A stretch of 64,000 nucleotides of DNA from Nanobdellota archaeon (GCA_021818475.1 JAKADZ010000001.1:72562-136561), one strand, 5' to 3'; shown: positions 1-8,461, counted from the first letter of the stretch. Numbers and translations: made by a program. Notes: generated by a model from the sequence alone, not told the origin.

Positions 1-114
1 ATCTTTCCATGCCCAGTAGAATCCTCCTTTAACTTTTATTTTTTCAAAATTTATTCTGAATGCGCCGTCAGGTGTTTCTTCACTTTTCTCTTTATGTTTA
101 ATTTTATTATTCAT
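1..114 (-). CDS. hypothetical protein, N-terminal part only (runs off window start)
   Basis: An ATG at 114-112 (minus) opens the frame MNNKIKHKEKSEETPDGAFRINFEKIKVKGGFYWAWKD, which stays open to position 1. It lies 1 nt downstream of the stop of ORF 116..559. No family recognised. Confidence 0.3.
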   Translation of the reverse strand, partial: MNNKIKHKEKSEETPDGAFRINFEKIKVKGGFYWAWKD

Positions 115-115
115 T

Positions 116-559
116 TTATTTCTCTCCTTGTTTATGCCAGTCCCAGAATACTTTCATCTGATGGCTTCTCCAGTTTCCGTTCTCGCTTTTTAAAAATTCT
201 TTTTCTTTTTCCTTTGCAACAGGATGCGCTTCATTATCAGTGTTAAGCCCGTAAGTTTCAACTAAAAATCTTTCGACAGCTTCGTGAATGCATAGCGACC
301 TGAATTCTTTTAACTTATCTTTTTTATTGAAATATCTGTCTATGACAATTTTTCTTATTCTTCTGCTCCATTCTCCGACGTGAGGCTGTTTTTTTACAGT
401 AATTCTGTCGGAAATTCTGTGCCCGTAAAAATCAAAAGAAACTCTATCTTTTGTAAATTTTATATTTGTAACAGGAGACTTCATAAATTCTTTCATAAGC
501 TCGCGATGAGCATTTCTTGTTCTCTTTTTTACTCTCTCACTCTCTTTTATTTTTTTCAT
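116..559 (-). CDS. hypothetical protein
   Basis: 147-aa ORF in the track, K/E-rich, tightly packed with neighbouring minus-strand ORFs. No family recognised. Confidence 0.55.
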   Translation of the reverse strand: MKKIKESERVKKRTRNAHRELMKEFMKSPVTNIKFTKDRVSFDFYGHRISDRITVKKQPHVGEWSRRIRKIVIDRYFNKKDKLKEFRSLCIHEAVERFLVETYGLNTDNEAHPVAKEKEKEFLKSENGNWRSHQMKVFWDWHKQGEK

Positions 560-608
560 ATTAGGAAGAGGGGAGGGGAATTTTTAAATGTTAATTTTGA
601 ATTATTAG

Positions 609-971
609 TCAGAATAAAGATATTTTTAAGTAAATAGATAGAAGAATTACTCCAATTATTGAAAAAGACCCATACAAGTAATAACAAAATTGATAAAATT
701 TTGTTGGCAGACTCCATTTTGGAAAATATGCAATAACAGCAATTAGTCCAACAATGGAACCTATATTAAGATAACCTTGTATCAATAAGGGTAATGTTGT
801 CCAAACCGGATAAAATATTTGCCACAATAAAAGTGCATTAATAAAAATAGCAATCCGTCCAATATGTCCCTGTCTAAATTCTGCTATTCCAGCAATAAAT
901 ACTCCGATTAAACCCAATAAAAAAACTACTCTAGGAATATCCAGAATTAAATTTGGAAAAAGAGCTATCAT
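609..971 (-). CDS. small integral membrane protein
   Basis: 120-aa ORF made almost entirely of hydrophobic helices (about 4 TM segments). No family recognised. Confidence 0.55.
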   Translation of the reverse strand: MIALFPNLILDIPRVVFLLGLIGVFIAGIAEFRQGHIGRIAIFINALLLWQIFYPVWTTLPLLIQGYLNIGSIVGLIAVIAYFPKWSLPTKFYQFCYYLYGSFSIIGVILLSIYLKISLF

Positions 972-1003
972 CTTTTTTTTAAATTATTTCAACTTTAAAT
1001 AAT

Positions 1004-1441
1004 TTATTCTTCCATTACTCGCTTCGCGATATTTTCGATATCTTTATTTGTCCTTTTTCTTGTACATTCTTTTTTAATTTTTTCAAATTGAGAATCTAAT
1101 AAATCTGTGTCAACTCCTTCTTTTTGATACCAAACTCTAAGCATCGCTTCCCTTATTACAAAAGCAAAATTATGCTGATTTATCTTTTTTTGAAAAGAAT
1201 TTTTAAATACTACAAGATAAATTGCAAATCCACACACTATTATAAAAAGCATTATAGTGCGTATTGTTATATCTGAAATAAAATTAGATATTATCGAGAA
1301 TAAACCTATCATCGCCGAGAAAAGTATTGACATAATACTGATAAAAGAAGATAAACTTTCTTGATGGTTGGCTTTATCTAACTCTTGATGTTTTTTCCAA
1401 TAATCTATTTTTTTGTCTAAATCTTCTTTTTTCTGTTGCAT
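1004..1441 (-). CDS. hypothetical membrane protein
   Basis: 145-aa ORF with a charged N-terminus, two central hydrophobic helices (SILFSAMIGLFSII, IMLFIIVCGFAIYLVVF) and a charged C-terminus. Confidence 0.55.
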   Translation of the reverse strand: MQQKKEDLDKKIDYWKKHQELDKANHQESLSSFISIMSILFSAMIGLFSIISNFISDITIRTIMLFIIVCGFAIYLVVFKNSFQKKINQHNFAFVIREAMLRVWYQKEGVDTDLLDSQFEKIKKECTRKRTNKDIENIAKRVMEE

Positions 1442-1492
1442 TTTATTTTATTTTTCCATTAGACTTTTTAAGAATTATTGTGCTAACAAGAT

Positions 1493-1584
1493 CTATTCTT
1501 TCTTCATCCCCTTAATATGTAAATCGTGCATTCATTTGGCTCGAAGAGACGAATGACATTTGAACTTCATTCAAATCACGAACT
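1493..1584. repeat. hairpin module plus displaced diverged copy of the Lhr C-terminal codons
   Basis: Core hairpin TCATTTGGCTCGAAGAGACGAATGA at 1532-1556. A second hairpin (7-bp stem) lies at 1558-1576. Positions 1493-1531 (minus) read ATGCACGATTTACATATTAAGGGGATGAAGAAAGAATAG = MHDLHIKGMKKE*, which mirrors the real Lhr end MHELHLKGIKE*. Confidence 0.65.
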
Positions 1585-4161
1585 TCACTCTTTTATTCCT
1601 TTCAAATGAAGTTCGTGCATTCTTTTCAAGAATGCCTGTTTGTCTTCTATCTTTATCATGTCAGAATGCCCCTGCATTATAATTCCCAATGCAAACGGAC
1701 TTGGAAGTTCAGTATCCCTGATTTTTATCTTAACTCTTCCTTCTTTTATCCACTGCAGAACTAATTTCGCATTTTCAATATCCATTAAATCTTCAAGAAC
1801 TTCTCTTCTCGCTTCCCTTAAAATAGGAAATTCAGATGAGATTTTCTTAACTGCTGCAAGAACAAAATGAGATTTCATATTCTGTTTTCCTACTGATTTT
1901 TTCATTCCTCTGTAAGTTTTTAGAATCATCATAGACCTTGTCGCGCAATGTCTGAATCTCCTCGCCAAAACATCAGTTCTCTCAACAGCTTCTTTCAAAA
2001 CTTCCTCAAGATTTTCAGGTTTCAGAAAATTCATAACTTTCTCAATGTTCATTTTTTCTCCTGCGATGTAAAAACTGCTGTCATTAATTCCCATCTCAAC
2101 ATCTCTTCCTCCTGCCCTGCCAAGCAAAAATCCGATTGCTCTGGATAAAACATCGTTGACTCTTCTTCCATACATGCTGTGAAAAATCAGATAATTCTTT
2201 TCTGAATTGTATCTCTCAACCAATAAATTGCCTGAATGAGGAATCTCAAGATAATTATGCTGTTCATAAAAATAATTGTAAATTGAATCTGCTGTTGAAT
2301 TATCAACATAAAGATGTTCTTTTATCAGTTCGATTATCTCTGATTTTTTAACCTTATTTTTGAATCGGTCATTCATCAATGTTCTGAATTTATTAATTTC
2401 AATTGCAGAATCAAAACTAAGCGGAAGCATTTCGCTAAACCATGAAGGAATAGTCGGCGAGCGGTCAACAGCAGGCCTTACATAAACATTCATCCCCCTA
2501 GTGTAAAGATAAATATATTTCTTTCCTCCCAAAACAAAAACATCTCCTTTCTTCATTCTTTCCAAAAATCCCTCGTCAATTGCCCCAATAGGTTCATTGC
2601 TTGGAGACATTTTTACTGTGATAAAAGATTCTTCGGGGATTGTTCCGATATTTGTAAGGTAAAGAACCCTCGCCATTTTGCCTTTCTTGCCTATCTGTTT
2701 GGTTTTTTGGTCATACCATATTTTTGCATAAATATTATTTTTCTCAAGCGCATAATCCCCAGCAAGATAACTTATCACGTCATAAAAATCATTTCTTGTA
2801 AGATTTGAATAGCAATAGCTTTTTTTTACCAAAGAAAATAATTCCTCTGCATCCCATATTTTGTAAATAGACATTCCGAATATCTGCTGACTAAGAACAT
2901 CAAGGCAATTTTTCGGAAAATAAATTCTGTTTATCTTTTTTTCAATCATCTCTTTCTGGATTATACTGCATTCAACTAAATCATCCCTGTCCAGAATTAT
3001 GAATCTTCCCTTTGCTATCTCGTGAAGTTTATGCCCCGCCCTTCCCAATCTTTGCAAAGCTCTTGCACTTGATTTCGGACTTCCAAGCATTATGACCAAA
3101 TCAATAAATCCAATATCAATTCCCAGTTCCAAACTGGTTGAGCATACAACTACTTTCAGTTTTCCGTCTCTCAATTTTTCTTCAATCTCAAATCTATGCT
3201 CTTTGCTTAATGAAGAATGATGAGCTGCAATATTATCGTCGCCGTATTCGGTTGGAAATTTTTCTTTGAGATGATTGACTACCCTTTCTGTAGCTGAACG
3301 CGTATTTGTAAAAATCAAAGTTGTCTTATGTTCTTTTATCATAGAATCAATTAAATCGTACACACTGGTTCCGCCAAGGTCTCCACTGATTAAATCCCCG
3401 ACACCTATAACTTTTGTGTCAAGTTTTTTATCAAGTTTTACATTAGCAATTAAAACCTCCCTGTCATCAGATATCCCGACTAAATATTTTGCAACTTCTT
3501 CAAGAGGAGCAATTGTTGCGCTCAGTCCGATTTTAACCGGCCATACCTGGCTTACTTCATTAAGCCTTTCTAAAGTTAAACTCAGATAAACTCCCCTCTT
3601 ATTGTCTAAAGCGTGAATCTCGTCGACAATGCAAAATTCAGTCATTCTTAAATAATCAATAAATTTTTTTGTTGTTAATAAGATTGCAAGAGATTCGGGA
3701 GTTGTAACAAGAATGTGAGGGGATTTTCTTGCCATCTGATTTCTTTCTGCAACAGTTGTATCTCCAGTTCTGAGCCCGACTCTTATTTTCTGAAGTTTAA
3801 TCCCTTTTGCTTCTGCAAGTTTGTAAATATCCTCGAGAGGCTCAATTAAATTTTTGTGAATATCATTGCTCAATGCTTTTAATGGAGAAGTGTAAACCGC
3901 ATAAATGTGATCATCAAGCTGATTTTTTTCTGCAAGCATGACTAAATAATTAATAATTGCAAGAAATGCGGTAAGAGTCTTGCTGCTTCCTGTTGGCGCA
4001 GATATCAAAATATTTCTTCTTTCCCAGACATTCATTACTCCGTATTTTTGAGTGATTGAGAAATTTTTAAATTTTGAAAAGAACCATTCTCTGACGAGCG
4101 GATGCAGAATTCCAATTATTTCTTTGTCTTCTCTTGGCTCAGTTTCAAATATTTGTGTCAT
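1585..4161 (-). CDS. lhr: Lhr-type superfamily 2 ATP-dependent DNA helicase
   Basis: 858 aa. Helicase motifs APTGSSKT (I), DEIH (II), SAT (III) and QRLGRAGH (VI). The long C-terminal region is typical of Lhr-core proteins. Confidence 0.9.
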   Translation of the reverse strand: MTQIFETEPREDKEIIGILHPLVREWFFSKFKNFSITQKYGVMNVWERRNILISAPTGSSKTLTAFLAIINYLVMLAEKNQLDDHIYAVYTSPLKALSNDIHKNLIEPLEDIYKLAEAKGIKLQKIRVGLRTGDTTVAERNQMARKSPHILVTTPESLAILLTTKKFIDYLRMTEFCIVDEIHALDNKRGVYLSLTLERLNEVSQVWPVKIGLSATIAPLEEVAKYLVGISDDREVLIANVKLDKKLDTKVIGVGDLISGDLGGTSVYDLIDSMIKEHKTTLIFTNTRSATERVVNHLKEKFPTEYGDDNIAAHHSSLSKEHRFEIEEKLRDGKLKVVVCSTSLELGIDIGFIDLVIMLGSPKSSARALQRLGRAGHKLHEIAKGRFIILDRDDLVECSIIQKEMIEKKINRIYFPKNCLDVLSQQIFGMSIYKIWDAEELFSLVKKSYCYSNLTRNDFYDVISYLAGDYALEKNNIYAKIWYDQKTKQIGKKGKMARVLYLTNIGTIPEESFITVKMSPSNEPIGAIDEGFLERMKKGDVFVLGGKKYIYLYTRGMNVYVRPAVDRSPTIPSWFSEMLPLSFDSAIEINKFRTLMNDRFKNKVKKSEIIELIKEHLYVDNSTADSIYNYFYEQHNYLEIPHSGNLLVERYNSEKNYLIFHSMYGRRVNDVLSRAIGFLLGRAGGRDVEMGINDSSFYIAGEKMNIEKVMNFLKPENLEEVLKEAVERTDVLARRFRHCATRSMMILKTYRGMKKSVGKQNMKSHFVLAAVKKISSEFPILREARREVLEDLMDIENAKLVLQWIKEGRVKIKIRDTELPSPFALGIIMQGHSDMIKIEDKQAFLKRMHELHLKGIKE

Positions 4162-4190
4162 CTTGTATAATCTAGGAGTGATACTAAAGG

Positions 4191-4198
4191 TTTATAAA
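4191..4198 (+). promoter_or_regulatory. TATA box (TTTATAAA), possibly bidirectional between lhr and the ArsR-family gene
   Basis: The palindromic TTTATAAA lies 21 nt upstream of the second ATG (4220) of the ArsR ORF and 30 nt from the lhr ATG (4161, minus). The same box and spacing recur at many genes in this window. Confidence 0.4.
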
Positions 4199-4210
4199 TC
4201 TATATGAAAT

Positions 4211-4624
4211 ATGTTTCATATGAATAAAAAGACATACGAGATTAATCCTTACTTTAATCATAATAATTATAACATATTCTTTACAAATCTTGCTAACCCT
4301 CTTAAGATAGGAATAATACTTTCCTTAAGGATGAAAGAAAAAAATGTCAGCGAATTAGTCAAAGACTTAGGCGTTGAGCAAAGCAAACTTTCTCATGCAT
4401 TAAAATCTTTGAAAAGCTGTAATATTGTAAATATGAAACAAAATGGAAAAGAAAGAATTTATTCTTTAAACAGGGATACAATTCTTCCAATGTTAAGCCT
4501 TATCGACAAACATGCTAATATTCATTGTAAATGTTCATCCTGCATGAAAGGATGTGATATCAGCCATGAGCACAAATTCAGTGGGAAATTCGAGCGGAAG
4601 AAACCGGAGGTGTCGTCGCAATGA
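4211..4624 (+). CDS. ArsR/SmtB-family winged-helix transcriptional regulator with Cys/His-rich tail
   Basis: wHTH segment NVSELVKDLGVEQSKLSHALKSLKSCNIVNMKQNGKERIYSL and a metal-ligand-like tail HCKCSSCMKGCDISHEH. The start may be the ATG at 4220 (leaderless). The last ~17 codons come from repeat module 4571-4620. The stop overlaps the nifS ATG. Confidence 0.8.
   Translation: MFHMNKKTYEINPYFNHNNYNIFFTNLANPLKIGIILSLRMKEKNVSELVKDLGVEQSKLSHALKSLKSCNIVNMKQNGKERIYSLNRDTILPMLSLIDKHANIHCKCSSCMKGCDISHEHKFSGKFERKKPEVSSQ
4571..4620 (+). repeat. short form of the dispersed module (5' motif ACAAATTCAGTGGGAA + 3' motif AAGAAACCGGAGGTGTCGTCGCA)
   Basis: Near-identical ends to 27326-27375, and to the two ends of the long copies at 8167-8265 and 47524-47632. 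Contains GGAGGTG 9 nt upstream of the nifS ATG. Confidence 0.6.
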
Positions 4625-5772
4625 AAACAATATATTTTGACAACGCTGCAACGACAAGAGTCGACGATGAAGTTTTGAAAACAATGCTTCCTTATTTTAC
4701 TGAGAATTATGGAAATGCCTCTTCAATTCATTTCAAAGGCCAGGAAGCAAAAGATGCAATGGAAAAAAGCAGAAAGATAATCGCAAAAGCTTTGGGGGCA
4801 AAAACTGAAGAAATAATTTTTACTTCAGGGGGAACAGAATCAAATAATCTTGCATTGAAAGGATTATTCTTCTGGAATAAAGAAAATAACACGGGCAAAG
4901 ATCACATAATCACAACCAAAATCGAGCATGATTGTATTCTAAACACCTGCAAATGGCTGGAAAGACAGGGAGCAAAAGTAACTTATCTTGACGTTGACGA
5001 AGAAGGATTTGTCGATTTAAACCAGCTTGAAAAATCAATAACTGATAAAACAATTGTTGTTTCAATAATTCATGGGAATAATGAAATTGGGACAATACAG
5101 GACATGGAAAAAATTGGGAATATCTGCAGGAAGAAAGGAGTTTTATTCCATACTGATGCATGCCAAAGTTTCACAAAAACTTTCCTTGATGTTAAAAAAC
5201 AAAATCTTGATTTAGTAACATTAAATTCGCATAAAATACACGGGCCAAAAGGAGTCGGAGCGTTATATATTCGTGAAGGAATAAAAATAGTCCCTCTGAT
5301 GCATGGCGGAGGCCATGAAAGAAAAATAAGAAGCGGAACAGAAAATGTTTCCGGAATAGTCGGATTTGGAAAAGCAGTTGATATTGCAAATAAAAAAAAT
5401 GTTGAAAAAATGATTAAATTAAGAGATAAATTAATTGAAGGAATATTAAAAATCCCAAAAACAAGACTTAACGGGGCTAAAGAAAAAAGGCTCTGCAATA
5501 ATATAAATGTCTCTTTCAGCAACATAGAAGGAGAATCAATTAGTGGTTATCTGGAGACTCATGGCATCTGCACTTCTACAGGAAGTGCCTGTGCATCACA
5601 TTCATTGGAAACAAGTCATGTTTTGAAAGCAATCGGACTGCCTCCGGTTCAGTCAAACAGCACATTAAGAATCAGTATAAGCAAATATACCACCGAAGAA
5701 GAAGTTGATTATTTTTTAAAAGTTCTTCCTGGAATAGTTGAAAAATTAAGGAGGATGTCTCCAATAAAATGA
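4621..5772 (+). CDS. nifS: cysteine desulfurase (NifS/IscS type, class V aminotransferase)
   Basis: 383 aa. Motifs SGGTESNN, PLP-lysine context SHKIHGPKG and catalytic Cys loop STGSACAS. Confidence 0.92.
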   Translation: MKTIYFDNAATTRVDDEVLKTMLPYFTENYGNASSIHFKGQEAKDAMEKSRKIIAKALGAKTEEIIFTSGGTESNNLALKGLFFWNKENNTGKDHIITTKIEHDCILNTCKWLERQGAKVTYLDVDEEGFVDLNQLEKSITDKTIVVSIIHGNNEIGTIQDMEKIGNICRKKGVLFHTDACQSFTKTFLDVKKQNLDLVTLNSHKIHGPKGVGALYIREGIKIVPLMHGGGHERKIRSGTENVSGIVGFGKAVDIANKKNVEKMIKLRDKLIEGILKIPKTRLNGAKEKRLCNNINVSFSNIEGESISGYLETHGICTSTGSACASHSLETSHVLKAIGLPPVQSNSTLRISISKYTTEEEVDYFLKVLPGIVEKLRRMSPIK

Positions 5773-5824
5773 CACTTATTCATTCGCTAAATAAATTATC
5801 AAATGAGAGAATGAGCCCGATACA

Positions 5825-6064
5825 ATGAAAGAGTTAAGCAAATTAGTTCCTGGAGAAGAAGGAGTTATATCTGATATAACTTGTACTCGTGAACTTGCAA
5901 GCAGATTAATGACGATGGGAATTTATCGGGGAAATAAAATAACAATGCTTCGCGCTGCTCCTTTCGGAGGCCCACTCGAAGTTGACGTAGGATATAATGT
6001 GCTAATCAGAAAATCTGAGGCAAGATATGTTCAAGTAGAAAAATTGGAGGAAAATTTAAAATGA
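5825..6064 (+). CDS. feoA: FeoA-domain protein
   Basis: 79-aa SH3-like FeoA pattern (LVPGEEGVISDI...RLMTMGIYRGNKITMLR...GPLEVDV). No feoB in the window. Confidence 0.8.
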   Translation: MKELSKLVPGEEGVISDITCTRELASRLMTMGIYRGNKITMLRAAPFGGPLEVDVGYNVLIRKSEARYVQVEKLEENLK

Positions 6065-6345
6065 AAACAAAAACAAAAAAAGAAACAAAAACAAAAAAAC
6101 CAGTAAAAAAACCGGTTAAAAAAAGTGTAAAGAAGAAAGATGCAATTACTAAAAATATGATTTTTGCAGAATTGCTTGAAAAGCATCCTGAATCAGCAAA
6201 CACTTTATTTGAAAGTGGTCTGCATTGCATTGGTTGCGGAGGAGCAATGTATGAATCAATTGAGCAGGGCTGTATGGCCCACGGATTCTCAAAAAAGGAA
6301 ACTGATGAGTTGATTAAAAAATTAAACAAAGAAGAGAAAAAATGA
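6061..6345 (+). CDS. DUF1858 / hybrid-cluster-protein-associated redox disulfide domain protein with Lys-rich N-terminus
   Basis: The core ITKNMIFAELLEKHPESANTLFESGLHCIGCGGAMYESIEQGCMAHGF matches the DUF1858 CxxC pattern. The start overlaps the feoA stop (ATGA). Confidence 0.7.
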   Translation: MKTKTKKETKTKKPVKKPVKKSVKKKDAITKNMIFAELLEKHPESANTLFESGLHCIGCGGAMYESIEQGCMAHGFSKKETDELIKKLNKEEKK

Positions 6346-6863
6346 AAGAAATAACTAAAATATTGTCGGATGAACACAAAAATATTCTCATAGTAGTCGA
6401 AGCTTTATCCAATAAATGTAAAAAATTATCTAAAGAAGAAATTGACCGGGAGTTCTTCGGAGATGTTATAGATTTTATCAAAAATTATGCGGATAAATAT
6501 CATCATGCTAAAGAAGAAGACATTCTTTTCAGAGAATTCTGCAGGGAAGCAGAGGGAGGAAAGGTTCACTGCAATCCCGTAGAACAGATGCTTTATGAGC
6601 ATAATCTTGGAAGAGAATTCGTGAAGCAAATTGAGAAGGGACTTAAAGACAGCAATAAAAGTGAAATCAGTGAAGGGGCTGAGAGATATTCTCAATTGAT
6701 ACAGGAGCATATCTTCAAAGAAGACAATATACTTTATCCAATGACAGAAGAATATTTAGATGAGAACATTCAGAAGAAAATGCTTGATGAATTTAAGAAG
6801 ATTGAACAAAAAAGAAAAAAAGAAATAGAAAAATATCTAAATTTTGTGAGGTCTTTAAGATGA
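6342..6863 (+). CDS. hemerythrin-like (HHE cation-binding) domain protein
   Basis: Repeated His/Glu ligand pattern (SDEHKNIL, YHHAKEEDILF, YEHNLGREF, QEHIFKEDNILYP). Start/stop overlaps with both neighbours. Confidence 0.75.
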   Translation: MKEITKILSDEHKNILIVVEALSNKCKKLSKEEIDREFFGDVIDFIKNYADKYHHAKEEDILFREFCREAEGGKVHCNPVEQMLYEHNLGREFVKQIEKGLKDSNKSEISEGAERYSQLIQEHIFKEDNILYPMTEEYLDENIQKKMLDEFKKIEQKRKKEIEKYLNFVRSLR

Positions 6864-7255
6864 CATTAAATTATTCAAAAAAAGTTATACAAAACTTTCA
6901 GAACCCAAAAAACCTCGGAGAAATAAAAAATGCCGACGGAATCGGCAAAGTCGGAAATCCGGTCTGTGGTGATGTAATGTGGCTTTATATTAAGGTTGAA
7001 AAAAATGACAAAGGCAAGGAGATTATCAAAGATATAAAATTCAAAACATTCGGGTGTGCTGCTGCAATTGCAACTTCATCAATGATAACCCAGCTTGCAA
7101 AGGGAAAAACTATAGAAGAAGCTGAAAAAATTTCAAAAAGTGATGTGGCAGAATCTCTTCAGGGACTTCCCCCAATTAAAATGCATTGTTCTAATCTTTC
7201 AAGCGATGCTCTTAGGGCAGCAATAAAAGATTATAAAAGTAAAAAGAAGAAATAA
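6860..7255 (+). CDS. iscU: Fe-S cluster assembly scaffold (IscU/NifU N-terminal type)
   Basis: The three conserved Cys contexts are present: GNPVCGDVM, FGCAAAIATSS and MHCSNL. Confidence 0.9.
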   Translation: MTLNYSKKVIQNFQNPKNLGEIKNADGIGKVGNPVCGDVMWLYIKVEKNDKGKEIIKDIKFKTFGCAAAIATSSMITQLAKGKTIEEAEKISKSDVAESLQGLPPIKMHCSNLSSDALRAAIKDYKSKKKK

Positions 7256-7290
7256 ATAAATTTATATACGCTGATTTTAGGAATTTAGCA

Positions 7291-7764
7291 ATGGAAAATA
7301 AACATGTTGGTATGTTGGTGATTGGTATAGCAGTTATGGTCGCAGTTATAGTTATGATATTCAATTTTGCTCTCCAGGATATAGTAGGTGAAACATGTTC
7401 GATGGGGAAAACCTGTTCAATGTACAAAACAATTTCTGTCCAGACGGGGATAAGTTTAAGCATAGTGGGGATTTTATTGGTCACTGGAATTGTGCTGCTT
7501 TTTGTCAAACCAAAAGAGAAAATAGTAATAAAAACAATTAAAGAGAAAAAAAAGAAATTAAATCTTGACGGGCTTGAGAAGAATGAAAGAGAGATCATTA
7601 ATCTTCTTCAGAAAGAGAACGGGGCAATTTTTCAGAGCACCCTGATGGAAAAATTAGGAATTGGAAAAGTTGGCATAACAAGATTGCTTGATAAACTTGA
7701 AGCTAAACAGTTTATTGAAAGGAAAAGGCGCGGCATGAATAATATAGTTGTTCTTAAAAATTGA
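7291..7764 (+). CDS. membrane-anchored winged-helix (MarR/TrmB-like) DNA-binding protein
   Basis: Two N-terminal TM helices, then a C-terminal wHTH (EREIINLLQKENGAIFQSTLMEKLGIGKVGITRLLDKLEAKQFIERKRRG). Confidence 0.65.
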   Translation: MENKHVGMLVIGIAVMVAVIVMIFNFALQDIVGETCSMGKTCSMYKTISVQTGISLSIVGILLVTGIVLLFVKPKEKIVIKTIKEKKKKLNLDGLEKNEREIINLLQKENGAIFQSTLMEKLGIGKVGITRLLDKLEAKQFIERKRRGMNNIVVLKN

Positions 7765-7818
7765 TTATATTATATTTAGACTACTAATCTTAAAAATTCT
7801 AATCTCATTAATTCTATA

Positions 7819-8169
7819 ATGAGCAAGATTAGAAGCAGGCAAAGAGGAGCAAAACTGAATAAATCAAAACATTATAGGATTATTCTGGGAAAAAAAGAAA
7901 TAACTATTCCGGGGAAAAAATTAACTGATAAAGAGATTACTTTTTTTAGGGGAGAAAACAAATATTTTTGTGGCTACTTAAGACAACCTCATCTTTATTT
8001 TGGTAAATTCACCGGGCTTTGCGCTTTATGCGATTTTGGAGCTTGTGATTATCTGCATATTTTTAATTCATTACAAAATTCATGTCCTGTTTATCAACGG
8101 GAAGTTAAAGAAATGGAAGAATATGAGCGTGAAAGATTGGAACATGAAACAATTTATCGTCAGACTTGA
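7819..8169 (+). CDS. hypothetical Cys-containing protein
   Basis: 116-aa ORF with a basic N-terminus and a Cys cluster (CALCDFGACDYLH...SCP). No family recognised. The TGA stop abuts repeat module 8167-8445. Confidence 0.5.
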   Translation: MSKIRSRQRGAKLNKSKHYRIILGKKEITIPGKKLTDKEITFFRGENKYFCGYLRQPHLYFGKFTGLCALCDFGACDYLHIFNSLQNSCPVYQREVKEMEEYERERLEHETIYRQT

Positions 8170-8445
8170 CCCACTATTAAAGGGAAGGTCAGGCCGAGCA
8201 TTTGCACGAATGCAGAAAATATCAATCGCAATGAGTGCGGGTGCGAGTTTAAGAAACCGGAGGCGAGCGATTTCGCGAGTGCCGGAAATTTAGTTTTCTT
8301 TTACACGTTAGCTTTTCTTTCTGCATTTCTATGCAGAATGGGCGGGATTCCACTCGCACTTTTTCTAAAAGAAAAACCACGCAATGAGCGAGGTCGGGAG
8401 GTGTTGTCGCAGAAACTAGTTTCACCAAAGGGATATTAAAGATTT
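8167..8445. repeat. mosaic GC-enriched intergenic repeat (long module, copy 1)
   Basis: Positions 8174-8260 match 47531-47617 almost base for base (GGGAAGGTCAGGCCGAGCATTTGCACGAATGCAGAAAATATCAAT..AATGAGTGCGGGTGCGAG). Also present are GATTTCGCGAGTGCCGGAAAT (compare 47432-, 53083-), CAATGAGCGAGGTCG (compare 53116-) and a second GGAGGTGTTGTCGCA end. Confidence 0.7.
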
Positions 8446-8461
8446 TTTTTCTTGGGTTTTC

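Noticed and set aside
8167-8169. TGA read-through or recoding of ORF 7819..8169 into the repeat
   Set aside because: TGA is clearly used as a normal stop elsewhere in the window (nifS, thyA, trx, lhr). There is no SECIS-like evidence, and the downstream sequence is a repeat.
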